A DNA stretch of 64,000 nucleotides from Candidatus Woesearchaeota archaeon (GTDB lineage: Archaea > Nanobdellota > Nanobdellia > Woesearchaeales > ARS49): NCBI GenBank assembly GCA_038850615.1, contig JAWCLR010000003.1, positions 1,506 through 65,505 on the forward strand, in the 5' to 3' direction. Positions 27,269 through 35,938 of the stretch are shown in pieces (position 1 is the first letter of the stretch; every line of letters begins with the position of its first letter). The position numbers and the translations under genes were made by a program. The notes under the pieces were generated by a model that was not told the DNA's origin, ran no database searches, and saw nothing but the letters and a program-made list of their open reading frames with translations.

Positions 27269-27706
27269 TTATCTGAAAAACATTTCTTTCTCAGCGCGTT
27301 CCCTAAGCCGGTCCTTGTAGCTATGCGAATTGAAATACTCGCACATCGCCCTTAATTTTGCGCGCAATGGAGCAGGCATTTCACAAAACTCAATTCCTGC
27401 GTAAATCCTGCCCTCTTTCGGGTTCTCAAAACACCTGCGCACAACACCCTCCAAAGGAATCACTTCATCATACTTTTGAATTGTCAGCGCCAAACGCACT
27501 TTTGTCTTGACCTTTATTCGTTCAGCAACATTAATGCATACTCCTCCAACTGACAAGTCAACAACAGAAGCCTCACGCTCATTCAAACGCCTAAGAAAAG
27601 GAAAATACGAAAGCAAGCCTGTGCTGTACACAACACTTGCTTCTTCAGGCTTGCACCGTTCATACCTGCGCCTGTCAGGAACAACAACAGTCTGGTCAAT
27701 GCTCAT
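27269..27706 (-). CDS. PilZ-domain protein
   Basis: DRRRYER (RRxxxR) and VVDLSVGGV (DxSxxG), spaced as in c-di-GMP-binding PilZ domains. Confidence 0.65.
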   Translation of the reverse strand: MSIDQTVVVPDRRRYERCKPEEASVVYSTGLLSYFPFLRRLNEREASVVDLSVGGVCINVAERIKVKTKVRLALTIQKYDEVIPLEGVVRRCFENPKEGRIYAGIEFCEMPAPLRAKLRAMCEYFNSHSYKDRLRERAEKEMFFR

Positions 27707-27863
27707 GAAGCACGTAAGAAGACACGTAAAATATAAATTTTACTCACAATAATCAGAACAATTCATTGAACTATGCAATGAAACAAGATTAGTTAGAAAA
27801 AATGAGTTCTGCAAAATACAAAAAATTATATACCCAATCGAATAAGCACTGTTATGGGACTTT

Positions 27864-28331
27864 TTGGATTCGGAAAGAAAAAAATCAAAGGCAGAGACTG
27901 CTTTGGAAAAAGTCAGGGCGCTTTTTTTGAATATTTATGATGCCACAATGCATTTCTATGAAACGCCTCAAATCACAACCCGGCAATTATCTGAAATGCT
28001 AAGGACCGCAGCAACTTATGAAGGCGCACTTATTGATCAAATCGATGCATTGGAAAAAGAGCTTAAGCAATTAGGGGCTGTCAGAGAGTGGCGCGAACTT
28101 ACCGAGGAAGAACAGTCAGCAATAGCATTTTGTGCAGACATGGCGGGTGAAACACAAAAACTCGTCAAGAAGGTTGTCCAGTTAAAAGCGTTGGTACTCT
28201 CAGGGAAAGAATATAAAAATTTATTAAGCGAGATCAAGGAAACAATTTCCACAATAATTAAGCATCTGGAAGTGCTGAACAGACTGGTTAAACAGATCGA
28301 AAGCATTAAGGCAAGAAGAAGCGCTGCCTGA
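27864..28331 (+). CDS. Coiled-coil protein, hypothetical; N-terminus probably disrupted at an A7 run
   Basis: The ORF starts at TTG. An ATG at 27854 in another frame encodes MGLFGFGKKK and joins this frame if one A of the run at 27878-27884 is removed. Confidence 0.5.
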   Translation: MDSERKKSKAETALEKVRALFLNIYDATMHFYETPQITTRQLSEMLRTAATYEGALIDQIDALEKELKQLGAVREWRELTEEEQSAIAFCADMAGETQKLVKKVVQLKALVLSGKEYKNLLSEIKETISTIIKHLEVLNRLVKQIESIKARRSAA

Positions 28332-28333
28332 AA

Positions 28334-30061
28334 TCAGAACAATTCATTGCACAATTCTATAAACATTGCCGAGCTCCATGCCTGCGAGACGCAACCGTGG
28401 CTTGACAACGCCCGTGCCGAGCTCAGTTCTGCGTGGTGACCTATTGCGCCAAGCTCAAGGATTTCGTGCGAGCTTGCCTCAACAATTTGCTCAATGAAAT
28501 GCTTGTACTTTGCTGCATTCGTCCTGTACAAAACAAGCGCAGCTAGGTTATTTAGCCAGAACCAGCTGTCTCCGCGGTGATAGCTCACATTGTCCTGGCC
28601 CGTATAATGGTCCGTGAATAATTCATGATTAATATCAATGCTTGAAATTCCACCCCACCGAAGCCAGAGCCGAGGCAAAACAGTATCAAAGCATTTTTCC
28701 CATTGCTCCCTTGACAATAATTCAGGATAAGCATAAGCAGCAATGAAAACATTAGGCCTTATCGTCGGATCGTTAAGCCCGTCGTGCAGCACGCTGCCGT
28801 CCCAGAAAGTGTCGCGGACACGCTGGACAAGGTCTTTTTCAAACTCATTTTCGCCAAGCGCAGAGGCAAGAGCAAGAGTCAATGCCTGGATTTCAATGCG
28901 CGCGCCATCCCGCACATCCTTACCATCAACGGAAGTGTCCATCCACGTCTCAAGAGGACCATTCATAACAAGACCATTCTGCATCCTTGCCTTAAGCGCA
29001 TTCAAGGCATTGCGCAGTTTTTTCTCTGCCTCTGACTGCTCCCTTTTCGAGAATAAATCCCTGCTTTGCGAATACCTCAAGCCAACCCAGCCAGGACCGT
29101 CAGCAGCGCAAAGACCGTAATCAGCAAAGGCATACGGCAAATGCCTGCCAGCAAATGAACCTACATGTCTCTTCAGGATGTTTTTCACCAGCTTTTTCCT
29201 GCCAAGCAGCTTCAATGCGTTGCAACTTACTGCCTCATCACGAAGCCAAAACTGGTAAAACCAAGGAACGCCTGCATAAAGCCCCTCATCGCCAACAGCC
29301 AACGAGTCAAGCGCATTACAGGCGCACTGGTAAGCCAAAGAGATTTTTTTGGGCATCGGCGCCCTCGGCTGCGAAATTGCTGACACAGCCTTCATCTGCC
29401 TGTGGATAAGGAGCATGCGCGAATTCAGCACGCGCCTTGCTTCTGCAACAGCCTCTTTTTTTGTGCGGGCGGCGGCAATCACAAAGCGCTGCGCGTTGAT
29501 TGTGCCTGCATTGTAGACCCATCGTGAATACGGTGGGCTCTTCCTCTGCTCATCAAATGAGTAATGCTGCTCAACCCATTTCGCCAACGGAACAAAGCCA
29601 AGGTTGTTTCCTGCAATGGCAACAAACAAGTCATACTCAACATTACATTTGCTGTTGTCATCGCGGTTATCATTCCGTTTTTGGAATTTTATGACAATGC
29701 ACCCTTTTTCCTGGCTTACCACTTCGTAATTCCTCCCCCACTCGCGGTTGTCATCTATCATTTTGCAGTCAAGTAGGATGTCTGCACTTGCAGACGAAGA
29801 AAACTCAACAATCAAGGCATTCCTGCCGTAAGGCATTGTCAGGCGCTGGTTTACTGACGCGTAATCGCGCTGGACACCCCAAAGCATGTTTGTCAGACTG
29901 TGCAGGGGCTCGCCAACGTAAATGTCCGCAACAGTCTTGAAAACAGAACCCCCTATCCTGAAAAACAAACCCTGATACCTTGATTCGGGACGTGTTCCGA
30001 GCCAGGCAAAGCCGCCGCGCCTGTTTGCCAGCAATGCGCTTGCAGATTCCTCCATTGTCAC
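28334..30061 (-). CDS. Amylo-alpha-1,6-glucosidase / glycogen-debranching-type six-hairpin glycosidase
   Basis: 575 aa with ...VPWFYQFWLRDEAVS... and ...YHRGDSWFWLNN..., as in the GDE C-terminal family. Confidence 0.7.
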   Translation of the reverse strand: MTMEESASALLANRRGGFAWLGTRPESRYQGLFFRIGGSVFKTVADIYVGEPLHSLTNMLWGVQRDYASVNQRLTMPYGRNALIVEFSSSASADILLDCKMIDDNREWGRNYEVVSQEKGCIVIKFQKRNDNRDDNSKCNVEYDLFVAIAGNNLGFVPLAKWVEQHYSFDEQRKSPPYSRWVYNAGTINAQRFVIAAARTKKEAVAEARRVLNSRMLLIHRQMKAVSAISQPRAPMPKKISLAYQCACNALDSLAVGDEGLYAGVPWFYQFWLRDEAVSCNALKLLGRKKLVKNILKRHVGSFAGRHLPYAFADYGLCAADGPGWVGLRYSQSRDLFSKREQSEAEKKLRNALNALKARMQNGLVMNGPLETWMDTSVDGKDVRDGARIEIQALTLALASALGENEFEKDLVQRVRDTFWDGSVLHDGLNDPTIRPNVFIAAYAYPELLSREQWEKCFDTVLPRLWLRWGGISSIDINHELFTDHYTGQDNVSYHRGDSWFWLNNLAALVLYRTNAAKYKHFIEQIVEASSHEILELGAIGHHAELSSARALSSHGCVSQAWSSAMFIELCNELF

Positions 30062-30996
30062 TGCTCTCCGCGATAGAATTTTGCAGCAAGCTCAGGCAAG
30101 ACGGAGTTTATGACCGCTCCTGAGCCGCGCTCAAACCCCCCGTAAACCGCAATCTGCGGCATAACGCTGATGTGTAAATGCAAATCCTCGCCCGGAGGCG
30201 AATACGTCAGGTAAAAATTGTAGTCAACATTTAGTGTTGCTAGACGCGAAAGAACGCTCCTCAGCATATCGGCAAGCCCCTGCAGATCAGCATCAGCAAG
30301 CGCGCCAATGTGCTGTTTTGGAAAAATCCAAACTTCATAATTGTACATTGACGCATAAGGGCAGAATGCAAGCCAGCCGTCATTTTCAAAACATTTTCGC
30401 TCGCTGTTTTTCTCGATGGCAACAATACCGCAATAAGGGCAACTGATGAACCTTCTGACTGCAACAACCTTTTCCCTTACTGCAGGAGGAACAAATGCTG
30501 TTGCAAAAACCTGGGTATGCGTGTGGACAAGGGATGTCCCGCCGTGGTAGCCGTGGTTCTTTATTATGCTGACATACTTTATTTTCGGCTTTTTCAGCAA
30601 AGCCTCGATTCTTTCCCGATAAACCCCAAGGACTGCTGCAATCTCTCCTGCGCTCAAGTCAGAGAGCTGCCTGGAATGGTCGGGTGTTTCGACAATTATT
30701 TCATGATATCCGTAATTGCCTGCAAAAGTGAAAAACCTGTTGTCCGTGCGCGGTTCTGCCTGCCCTTCTGGGACAAGAGCAGGGAACTTGTTTTCAAACC
30801 AGCGGACCTGCCATTTGTTCTTTGTGCCTAGCCTCCCTATTTCAGGAGGAGTCATATACTCATTGCCGGGACAGAAACAGCACTTATCGTTTGCCACTTT
30901 CTCTGTTGCGTGCCTGAATTCCCTTGGCCTTGCACTACGGCCTGCGGAATAAACAACCCACTTATCAAGAATGTAATCCTTGCGAAGCTCCCCCAC
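30058..30996 (-). CDS. galT: Galactose-1-phosphate uridylyltransferase
   Basis: ELRKDYILDKWVV, CCFCPGNE, HGGTSLVHTHTQV (HxHxQ). Start assigned to a GTG preceded by AAGGTGA; the ORF-track start at 31113 adds an implausible N-terminal extension. Confidence 0.75.
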   Translation of the reverse strand: MGELRKDYILDKWVVYSAGRSARPREFRHATEKVANDKCCFCPGNEYMTPPEIGRLGTKNKWQVRWFENKFPALVPEGQAEPRTDNRFFTFAGNYGYHEIIVETPDHSRQLSDLSAGEIAAVLGVYRERIEALLKKPKIKYVSIIKNHGYHGGTSLVHTHTQVFATAFVPPAVREKVVAVRRFISCPYCGIVAIEKNSERKCFENDGWLAFCPYASMYNYEVWIFPKQHIGALADADLQGLADMLRSVLSRLATLNVDYNFYLTYSPPGEDLHLHISVMPQIAVYGGFERGSGAVINSVLPELAAKFYRGEQ

Positions 30997-31128
30997 ATCA
31001 TTCACCTTTTCGTACAGGTCCAGTGATAACCTGCTATATAAGCATTTCCCTACACCCCCAACAGAAAGATATTTATAGTCCCAGTATACACAAAGGTATA
31101 TTGAAATCAGCAAAAAAGGTGATAACCA

Positions 31129-31446
31129 ATGGTTGAGGTTGAAGAAGGAAAGGGAGTAGCATTAGTCATTCTTGGCATAGTTGCAGTAATCGCTGTCGTG
31201 GGTCTTGTACTGCTTTTCAGCAAGGCAAGCACAACAGGTAAATACGTTGAAGCAGGGACATTCGTACAATTTGAGCCTAAAGAGGCGTGTGAGCGCGCGG
31301 GATGCATACTGAAAGGCATTGAAGGCGGAATAAACTACGCCTCACAAGGACCGCTTATGGCAGTCTGCGATTGTATGGGCCGCGAAATGGTCACACCAAT
31401 AGTCAGGCCATTTGACTGGCGCGAAGAATACTATCCAGCAGGATAA
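31129..31446 (+). CDS. Small signal-anchored CX4C...CXC protein, array member 1
   Basis: GVALVILGIVAVIAVVGLVLLF-SKASTTG-...ACERAGC...VCDC; AAGGTGAT ribosome-binding site. Confidence 0.7.
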   Translation: MVEVEEGKGVALVILGIVAVIAVVGLVLLFSKASTTGKYVEAGTFVQFEPKEACERAGCILKGIEGGINYASQGPLMAVCDCMGREMVTPIVRPFDWREEYYPAG

Positions 31447-31452
31447 ATAAGA

Positions 31453-31557
31453 ATGCAGAGAAACAGAATAGGCCTCGTAGTACTGGCAATCGTAGGAATA
31501 ATGGGCCTTGTTGCACTCGTGCTTTTGTCAAAGCACGCGCAGATAGCCCTTAAGTAA
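31453..31557 (+). CDS. 34-aa peptide carrying only the family's N-terminal helix, array member 2 (truncated)
   Basis: MQRNRIGLVVLAIVGIMGLVALVLLSKHAQIALK; below the ORF-track size cut-off. Confidence 0.35.
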   Translation: MQRNRIGLVVLAIVGIMGLVALVLLSKHAQIALK

Positions 31558-31574
31558 AAAAGAGGTGAATGATT

Positions 31575-31949
31575 ATGGCAGGAGGCAAGGAAATTGCTCT
31601 GGCAATCCTGGGCATCGTTGTAATAATTGCCGTTGTCGGAATGATTCTCCTATTCAAGGGAGGCACAGGACAAGCGACATATAGCTATGCGAAGCCCTTC
31701 ACAATGATAGCACCCACTGCTGAAAAGGCATGTAGCATTCTTGACTGCCAGAATGGCGTTGGCGCAGTTGTTATTGGGGAAGAAACCCGCCTTGACGGCG
31801 AATATTGGGTTTGCGGATGCCCTACGCAGTTCAAGGACCAAAGAATAACAGACTGGTCAAACCAGTGGAAAGGCGACAAGGCCCGTGACGGCCTTGATTT
31901 TGGCAATTACGAGTTTATCTGGCGCGTGCGCAAGATAAGGGAGTACTGA
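31575..31949 (+). CDS. Small signal-anchored CX4C...CXC protein, array member 3
   Basis: MAGGKEIALAILGIVVIIAVVGMILLF-KGGTGQ-...ACSILDC...VCGC; GAGGTGA lies 7 nt upstream of this ATG. Confidence 0.7.
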   Translation: MAGGKEIALAILGIVVIIAVVGMILLFKGGTGQATYSYAKPFTMIAPTAEKACSILDCQNGVGAVVIGEETRLDGEYWVCGCPTQFKDQRITDWSNQWKGDKARDGLDFGNYEFIWRVRKIREY

Positions 31950-32272
31950 TGGAAACCGAACAAAACGACTCACTCGGGCTCAAGCTTGTGAGCCTAGGCT
32001 TTGTGGCAATCATTGCCATTGCAGGGCTTGTGATATTGTTCACGCAGACGTCTGTCACTGGAAACCTTGCCGGAATGCAAAAACTCGGCACAGCAGGAGT
32101 GATTGAGCGCACGCCGTACGAGGCGTGCAGAAGCGTCAGGATACAAGGGCAACAGTTTGTCTGGAGCGGTTTTGTGGACCCGTGGAACCAATTGGCAGAA
32201 TGCGTTGATCCGCTTGACCCAACAAACCCGAACCGGGTATTTTACGCAGAGCTAAAGCTTGCATACGGGTGA
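31949..32272 (+). CDS. Small signal-anchored protein, array member 4 (retains 2 of the 4 Cys)
   Basis: LKLVSLGFVAIIAIAGLVILF-TQTSVTG-...EACRSVRI...AECVD. Confidence 0.65.
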   Translation: METEQNDSLGLKLVSLGFVAIIAIAGLVILFTQTSVTGNLAGMQKLGTAGVIERTPYEACRSVRIQGQQFVWSGFVDPWNQLAECVDPLDPTNPNRVFYAELKLAYG

Positions 32273-32275
32273 AAG

Positions 32276-32611
32276 ATGGAAGAAAAAACAACAGCCATAA
32301 CGGTCCTTGCAATTGTCGCGGTTATTGCGGTATGCGGCTGCGTGCTGCTTTACAAAAGCTTAACAACCCTTGCGGTATATGAGCAGCCCGCAAACAATAA
32401 GCCACCATTCTTATTGACAAGCTCGTACATGAAGGACTTTGACCTCTGCCGACAGTTCCTCTGCGGATACTACACTCCAGGATATTACGGCGAAAGCGAG
32501 CCCGCAACTGTTGTTGGATACGAAGTAATAACAAACAACCTTGTCTGCAGGTGCCCTGATGGAAGGACATTTCAGGTAAGACCTGACAGGATTGAAGTGG
32601 AGACGTACTAA
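32276..32611 (+). CDS. Small signal-anchored CX4C...CXC protein, array member 5
   Basis: ITVLAIVAVIAVCGCVLLY...LCRQFLC...VCRC. Confidence 0.7.
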   Translation: MEEKTTAITVLAIVAVIAVCGCVLLYKSLTTLAVYEQPANNKPPFLLTSSYMKDFDLCRQFLCGYYTPGYYGESEPATVVGYEVITNNLVCRCPDGRTFQVRPDRIEVETY

Positions 32612-32877
32612 TGAACGAAAGGTTTGGCTTCGCACTGGTCTTGATTGTTGCAGCAGCGTCTGTAGCCAGCATGCTGTTTCTCGCAGGCGCAAGCACGACA
32701 GGCTATGTGGCAAGCAAGCAACTGCTCTCATACGGCCGCACCGTTGATTTTGGCACGGATGAATGCAGGCACGTTTTGTGCCCTGCGCACGCGCCAGCAA
32801 CACCGCTGGTTGACCAGTACGGCAGGATCGTCTATCAGGACAATGGAAGACCAGTATGCCTATGCCCGCTGAGGTAA
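32611..32877 (+). CDS. Small signal-anchored CX4C...CXC protein, array member 6
   Basis: FALVLIVAAASVASMLFLAG-ASTTG-...ECRHVLC...VCLC. Confidence 0.7.
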   Translation: MNERFGFALVLIVAAASVASMLFLAGASTTGYVASKQLLSYGRTVDFGTDECRHVLCPAHAPATPLVDQYGRIVYQDNGRPVCLCPLR

Positions 32878-32880
32878 GCC

Positions 32881-33147
32881 ATGCCGAATTTCAAGATAGA
32901 CTCTGAATTTGCCCTCGCCCTGCTCGGCATTTTCGCAGTCATCCTGATCGTTACAATAATACTTTTCATCAGCCGCCAACTCGGAATACAGACATACAGT
33001 GTGCTTAAGGTCGGAACGCCCTGCCACAAAATTTATTGCGGCAATGAACGGCTTCCAGCCAAGGAAATAGGCAGGGACTGGGAGCGCGGCATAGTTTACT
33101 GCCAGTGCAGGGACGGCCCAATAAGGCAGGAAAGGCTGTTTTCGTAA
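32881..33147 (+). CDS. Small signal-anchored CX4C...CXC protein, array member 7
   Basis: FALALLGIFAVILIVTIILF...PCHKIYC...YCQC. Confidence 0.7.
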   Translation: MPNFKIDSEFALALLGIFAVILIVTIILFISRQLGIQTYSVLKVGTPCHKIYCGNERLPAKEIGRDWERGIVYCQCRDGPIRQERLFS

Positions 33148-33158
33148 AAACAATTCTG

Positions 33159-34691
33159 TCAGCCTATTGATGCATAGAGCGCTCTAAAGCATTCTGTGTA
33201 TTCCTCATCATGCAGCTTTTCGCATTCCTTGCGCTTCAAATCAAACTCATTACTTCTCAGGCAGTCGTCGCGGTAGCCTCCTTCAAGTATATCGCATGCT
33301 TGTTCTGCCAAGTCAATCCTGCCATTGCTAAAGAAATTTGGCCGCACGCCTGCAATGCACAACTCGGGTTGCCATGCCTGCCTGCATAATTCTATCGCGA
33401 TTGCATCGTTTCGCTTTGCTATGTTTTCTGCCACTTGAATCAGACACCTGTCCTTCGTGCTACTTGCTCCGCCCAAAATATTGCATATTTCAAGGGCGCG
33501 CCCAGTATCTTCCACCTGATTCGATACCCCGACATAACACATATTTTTCCCGTCCAAAACCCATTCGTTATCTGAAGGAATAGCATCACAAAAAGCCAGC
33601 GCGTCATCAATCTTGCCTTTCCTTGCGAAAACATATCCTGCGCGTTCAAAGCAGCTTCTCGGGAATGGCAGAAGTTCACCATTCACTATTTCAGGCGGAC
33701 AGTTCTTCTGCAATTTCTCTATCAAACTGGCTGTGCTTTGACCACTTTCAAAAATCACGTATGCAATATCTGCCAGGCACAAAACAGCATCATCAGACAC
33801 CTTACAGGCCTCTAGTGCAACATCAGGATTGCTGGCCGATATTGCTTCTGCAACTCTTTGCACACACTCCCCATACGAACTGCTCTGATTTTCAAACGAT
33901 TCTGAACACAACCGCAAGGCTCTCTGATGGTCCCACATTGAGATTTTTTCAGCTACTTGTATCCTGCACAACCAGTCCTCGACTGGCACAGCATCACATT
34001 CTGCAATAACAGCTTGCAGTTCAGCCTCTGTTGTTTTTGGCGACAATTCTATTTTTGACAGCACATCTTTTGCCCGCAGGTGCTTTGGCTGAGGTTCTTG
34101 CATTCCACCAAACATTGCATTTAAAGCAAACCCATAAATAACGCCAAAAATAATGAACGCTATGAAAGAAAGTAACACAATCCATCCAAAAACCATCCAT
34201 GCACTGGTGGAATGCAGTTCCGCAAGTATCTTAACATAACTGATCATAAGCCACACAATTACAACCGTAAAAAGCAAAAATAGAATCGTTCCGAAAATTA
34301 CCAGTATCCACACCGATGTCAAAAATCCAATTCCTACAAAAAGCAAATAAAGAAGGCTGAGTATGCCGTAAATTGGCAGCGAATACGCCGAATAAGCAAA
34401 GTTGACCTGAAATACTTCGCCCCAAGTGACATGTTTGGTTTTGAATGGAGCATTAATTATCAAGATAAACAGGAAAGGTGAAATAACAGACAATGCCACG
34501 ATCGCGAGTGTAACCATGCCCATTTTGCCAAAAAAAGAAACCAAAATCTGAGGCAATAATAACAACAGGTTAACTCCAACAACAATAAGCGCATACGCCC
34601 ACCACGGCCAGCCATCAGTTAACTTGTCATTTGCAAAATCGGCTGGGTGAAAAAACAGATTTTTGTAATGCTCAAAAACCTCCATAGGCAT
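33159..34691 (-). CDS. Polytopic (Yip1-like) membrane protein with about 8 C-terminal Cys-pair repeats
   Basis: The N-terminal ~200 aa contain about 5 transmembrane helices. The C-terminal ~300 aa repeat the pattern A(L/I)xxC...xC(L/I)xxVAExI, e.g. ALEICNILGGASSTKDRCLIQVAENIA. Confidence 0.6.
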   Translation of the reverse strand: MPMEVFEHYKNLFFHPADFANDKLTDGWPWWAYALIVVGVNLLLLLPQILVSFFGKMGMVTLAIVALSVISPFLFILIINAPFKTKHVTWGEVFQVNFAYSAYSLPIYGILSLLYLLFVGIGFLTSVWILVIFGTILFLLFTVVIVWLMISYVKILAELHSTSAWMVFGWIVLLSFIAFIIFGVIYGFALNAMFGGMQEPQPKHLRAKDVLSKIELSPKTTEAELQAVIAECDAVPVEDWLCRIQVAEKISMWDHQRALRLCSESFENQSSSYGECVQRVAEAISASNPDVALEACKVSDDAVLCLADIAYVIFESGQSTASLIEKLQKNCPPEIVNGELLPFPRSCFERAGYVFARKGKIDDALAFCDAIPSDNEWVLDGKNMCYVGVSNQVEDTGRALEICNILGGASSTKDRCLIQVAENIAKRNDAIAIELCRQAWQPELCIAGVRPNFFSNGRIDLAEQACDILEGGYRDDCLRSNEFDLKRKECEKLHDEEYTECFRALYASIG

Positions 34692-34820
34692 CCCTCAAAG
34701 CAAACAATGTGCCTGCTTAATTTAAAACTTGTTTTTTCAGACCTTGCTGAAAGCACTCTTTGGGGATTGTTTTTGTGAAAAAGCAAATTCTTTATAATCC
34801 GCAATTTGCTTGCATAGCTT

Positions 34821-35471
34821 ATGCACGATGCACTGCCTAAGCAGATAAGGGAAGTCCTTGCAAAGCTGAACATTACAGAATTCCGTCCTGCCCAGATAAA
34901 AGCAATTGATGCAGGGCTGCTGGAGGGCAGAAATTTGCTTGTGTGCACGCCGACAGCATCAGGAAAGACGCTCATTGCGGAAATGGCTGCCGGCAAGTCC
35001 ATCCTCGAAGGAAAGGGAAAAACAGTCTATATTGTGCCGCTTGTTGCCCTTGCAAACGAAAAGGCAAAGGACTTCAAGAAGAGGTATGGGCATTTGTTCA
35101 AGGTCGCGCTTTCTGTCGGAGACTTTGACTCGTCAGACCCGCACCTGATGGACTATGACTTAATCATCTGCACTGCTGAAAAGCTAGACTCTTTAATAAG
35201 ACACCAAGCGCCCTGGCTCAAATTCGTCAGCGTTGTAATAGTCGATGAAGTGCATTTGCTCAATGATGTCTCAAGAGGACCAACGCTTGAAATCCTGATA
35301 ACGCTGCTGAAGAAAATACTGCCCAAAGCACAGATTATTGCCTTGTCTGCAACAATCGGCAATCCTGAAGAGCTTGCAAAATGGCTTGACGCAAATCTTG
35401 TGAAGGATGACTGGCGCCCTGTGCCACTGCATAAGGGTGTTTATTTTGACAACACAATAGAATTTGAGTAA
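34821..35471 (+). CDS. Hel308/Ski2-like helicase, N-terminal RecA1 fragment only (truncated)
   Basis: FRPAQ (Q motif), TPTASGKT (I), DEVH (II), SAT (III). The ORF stops 216 aa in, just after ...DWRPVPLHKGVYF. Confidence 0.65.
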   Translation: MHDALPKQIREVLAKLNITEFRPAQIKAIDAGLLEGRNLLVCTPTASGKTLIAEMAAGKSILEGKGKTVYIVPLVALANEKAKDFKKRYGHLFKVALSVGDFDSSDPHLMDYDLIICTAEKLDSLIRHQAPWLKFVSVVIVDEVHLLNDVSRGPTLEILITLLKKILPKAQIIALSATIGNPEELAKWLDANLVKDDWRPVPLHKGVYFDNTIEFE

Positions 35472-35510
35472 AAATTTTATACCCCCATTCCTCTCAAAAA
35501 CAACAAGGAG

Positions 35511-35927
35511 GTGTTATTCATGTTTAAGGCACTTGAAAACGCGTATGAATTCGCCGCTCTGCCATTGCGCATTGGCTTGGCTGCCTTGTTCCTAACGGCA
35601 GGGGTCCTCAATGTTATGAACTTTGCAGGCGCAACAGACAATATGGCAAGCCTTGGCCTTCCTGTGCCAATAGTGTTTGCAATAATAATGCTTGTTTCTC
35701 AGCTTATTGGCGGAACCCTGATACTACTTGGCCTGCTGACACGAGTGGCTGCAATCTGGATGACCATAGTTCTGTTATTCCTCGTGATAATGGCTCACGT
35801 TGTGCATTACACCCCTGACAGCCTTATTGAAATAACAAAGTACGTTGCCTGGATTGGCGGAACGCTCTGCCTGATGCTATTAGGACCAGGAAAATTGAGC
35901 CTGGATGAAGCATTTTTGTGGGAATAA
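35511..35927 (+). CDS. DoxX-family membrane protein
   Basis: LPLRIGLAALFLTAGVLNV... and four transmembrane helices in 138 aa. Confidence 0.65.
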   Translation: MLFMFKALENAYEFAALPLRIGLAALFLTAGVLNVMNFAGATDNMASLGLPVPIVFAIIMLVSQLIGGTLILLGLLTRVAAIWMTIVLLFLVIMAHVVHYTPDSLIEITKYVAWIGGTLCLMLLGPGKLSLDEAFLWE

Positions 35928-35938
35928 AAATAAAAAAA

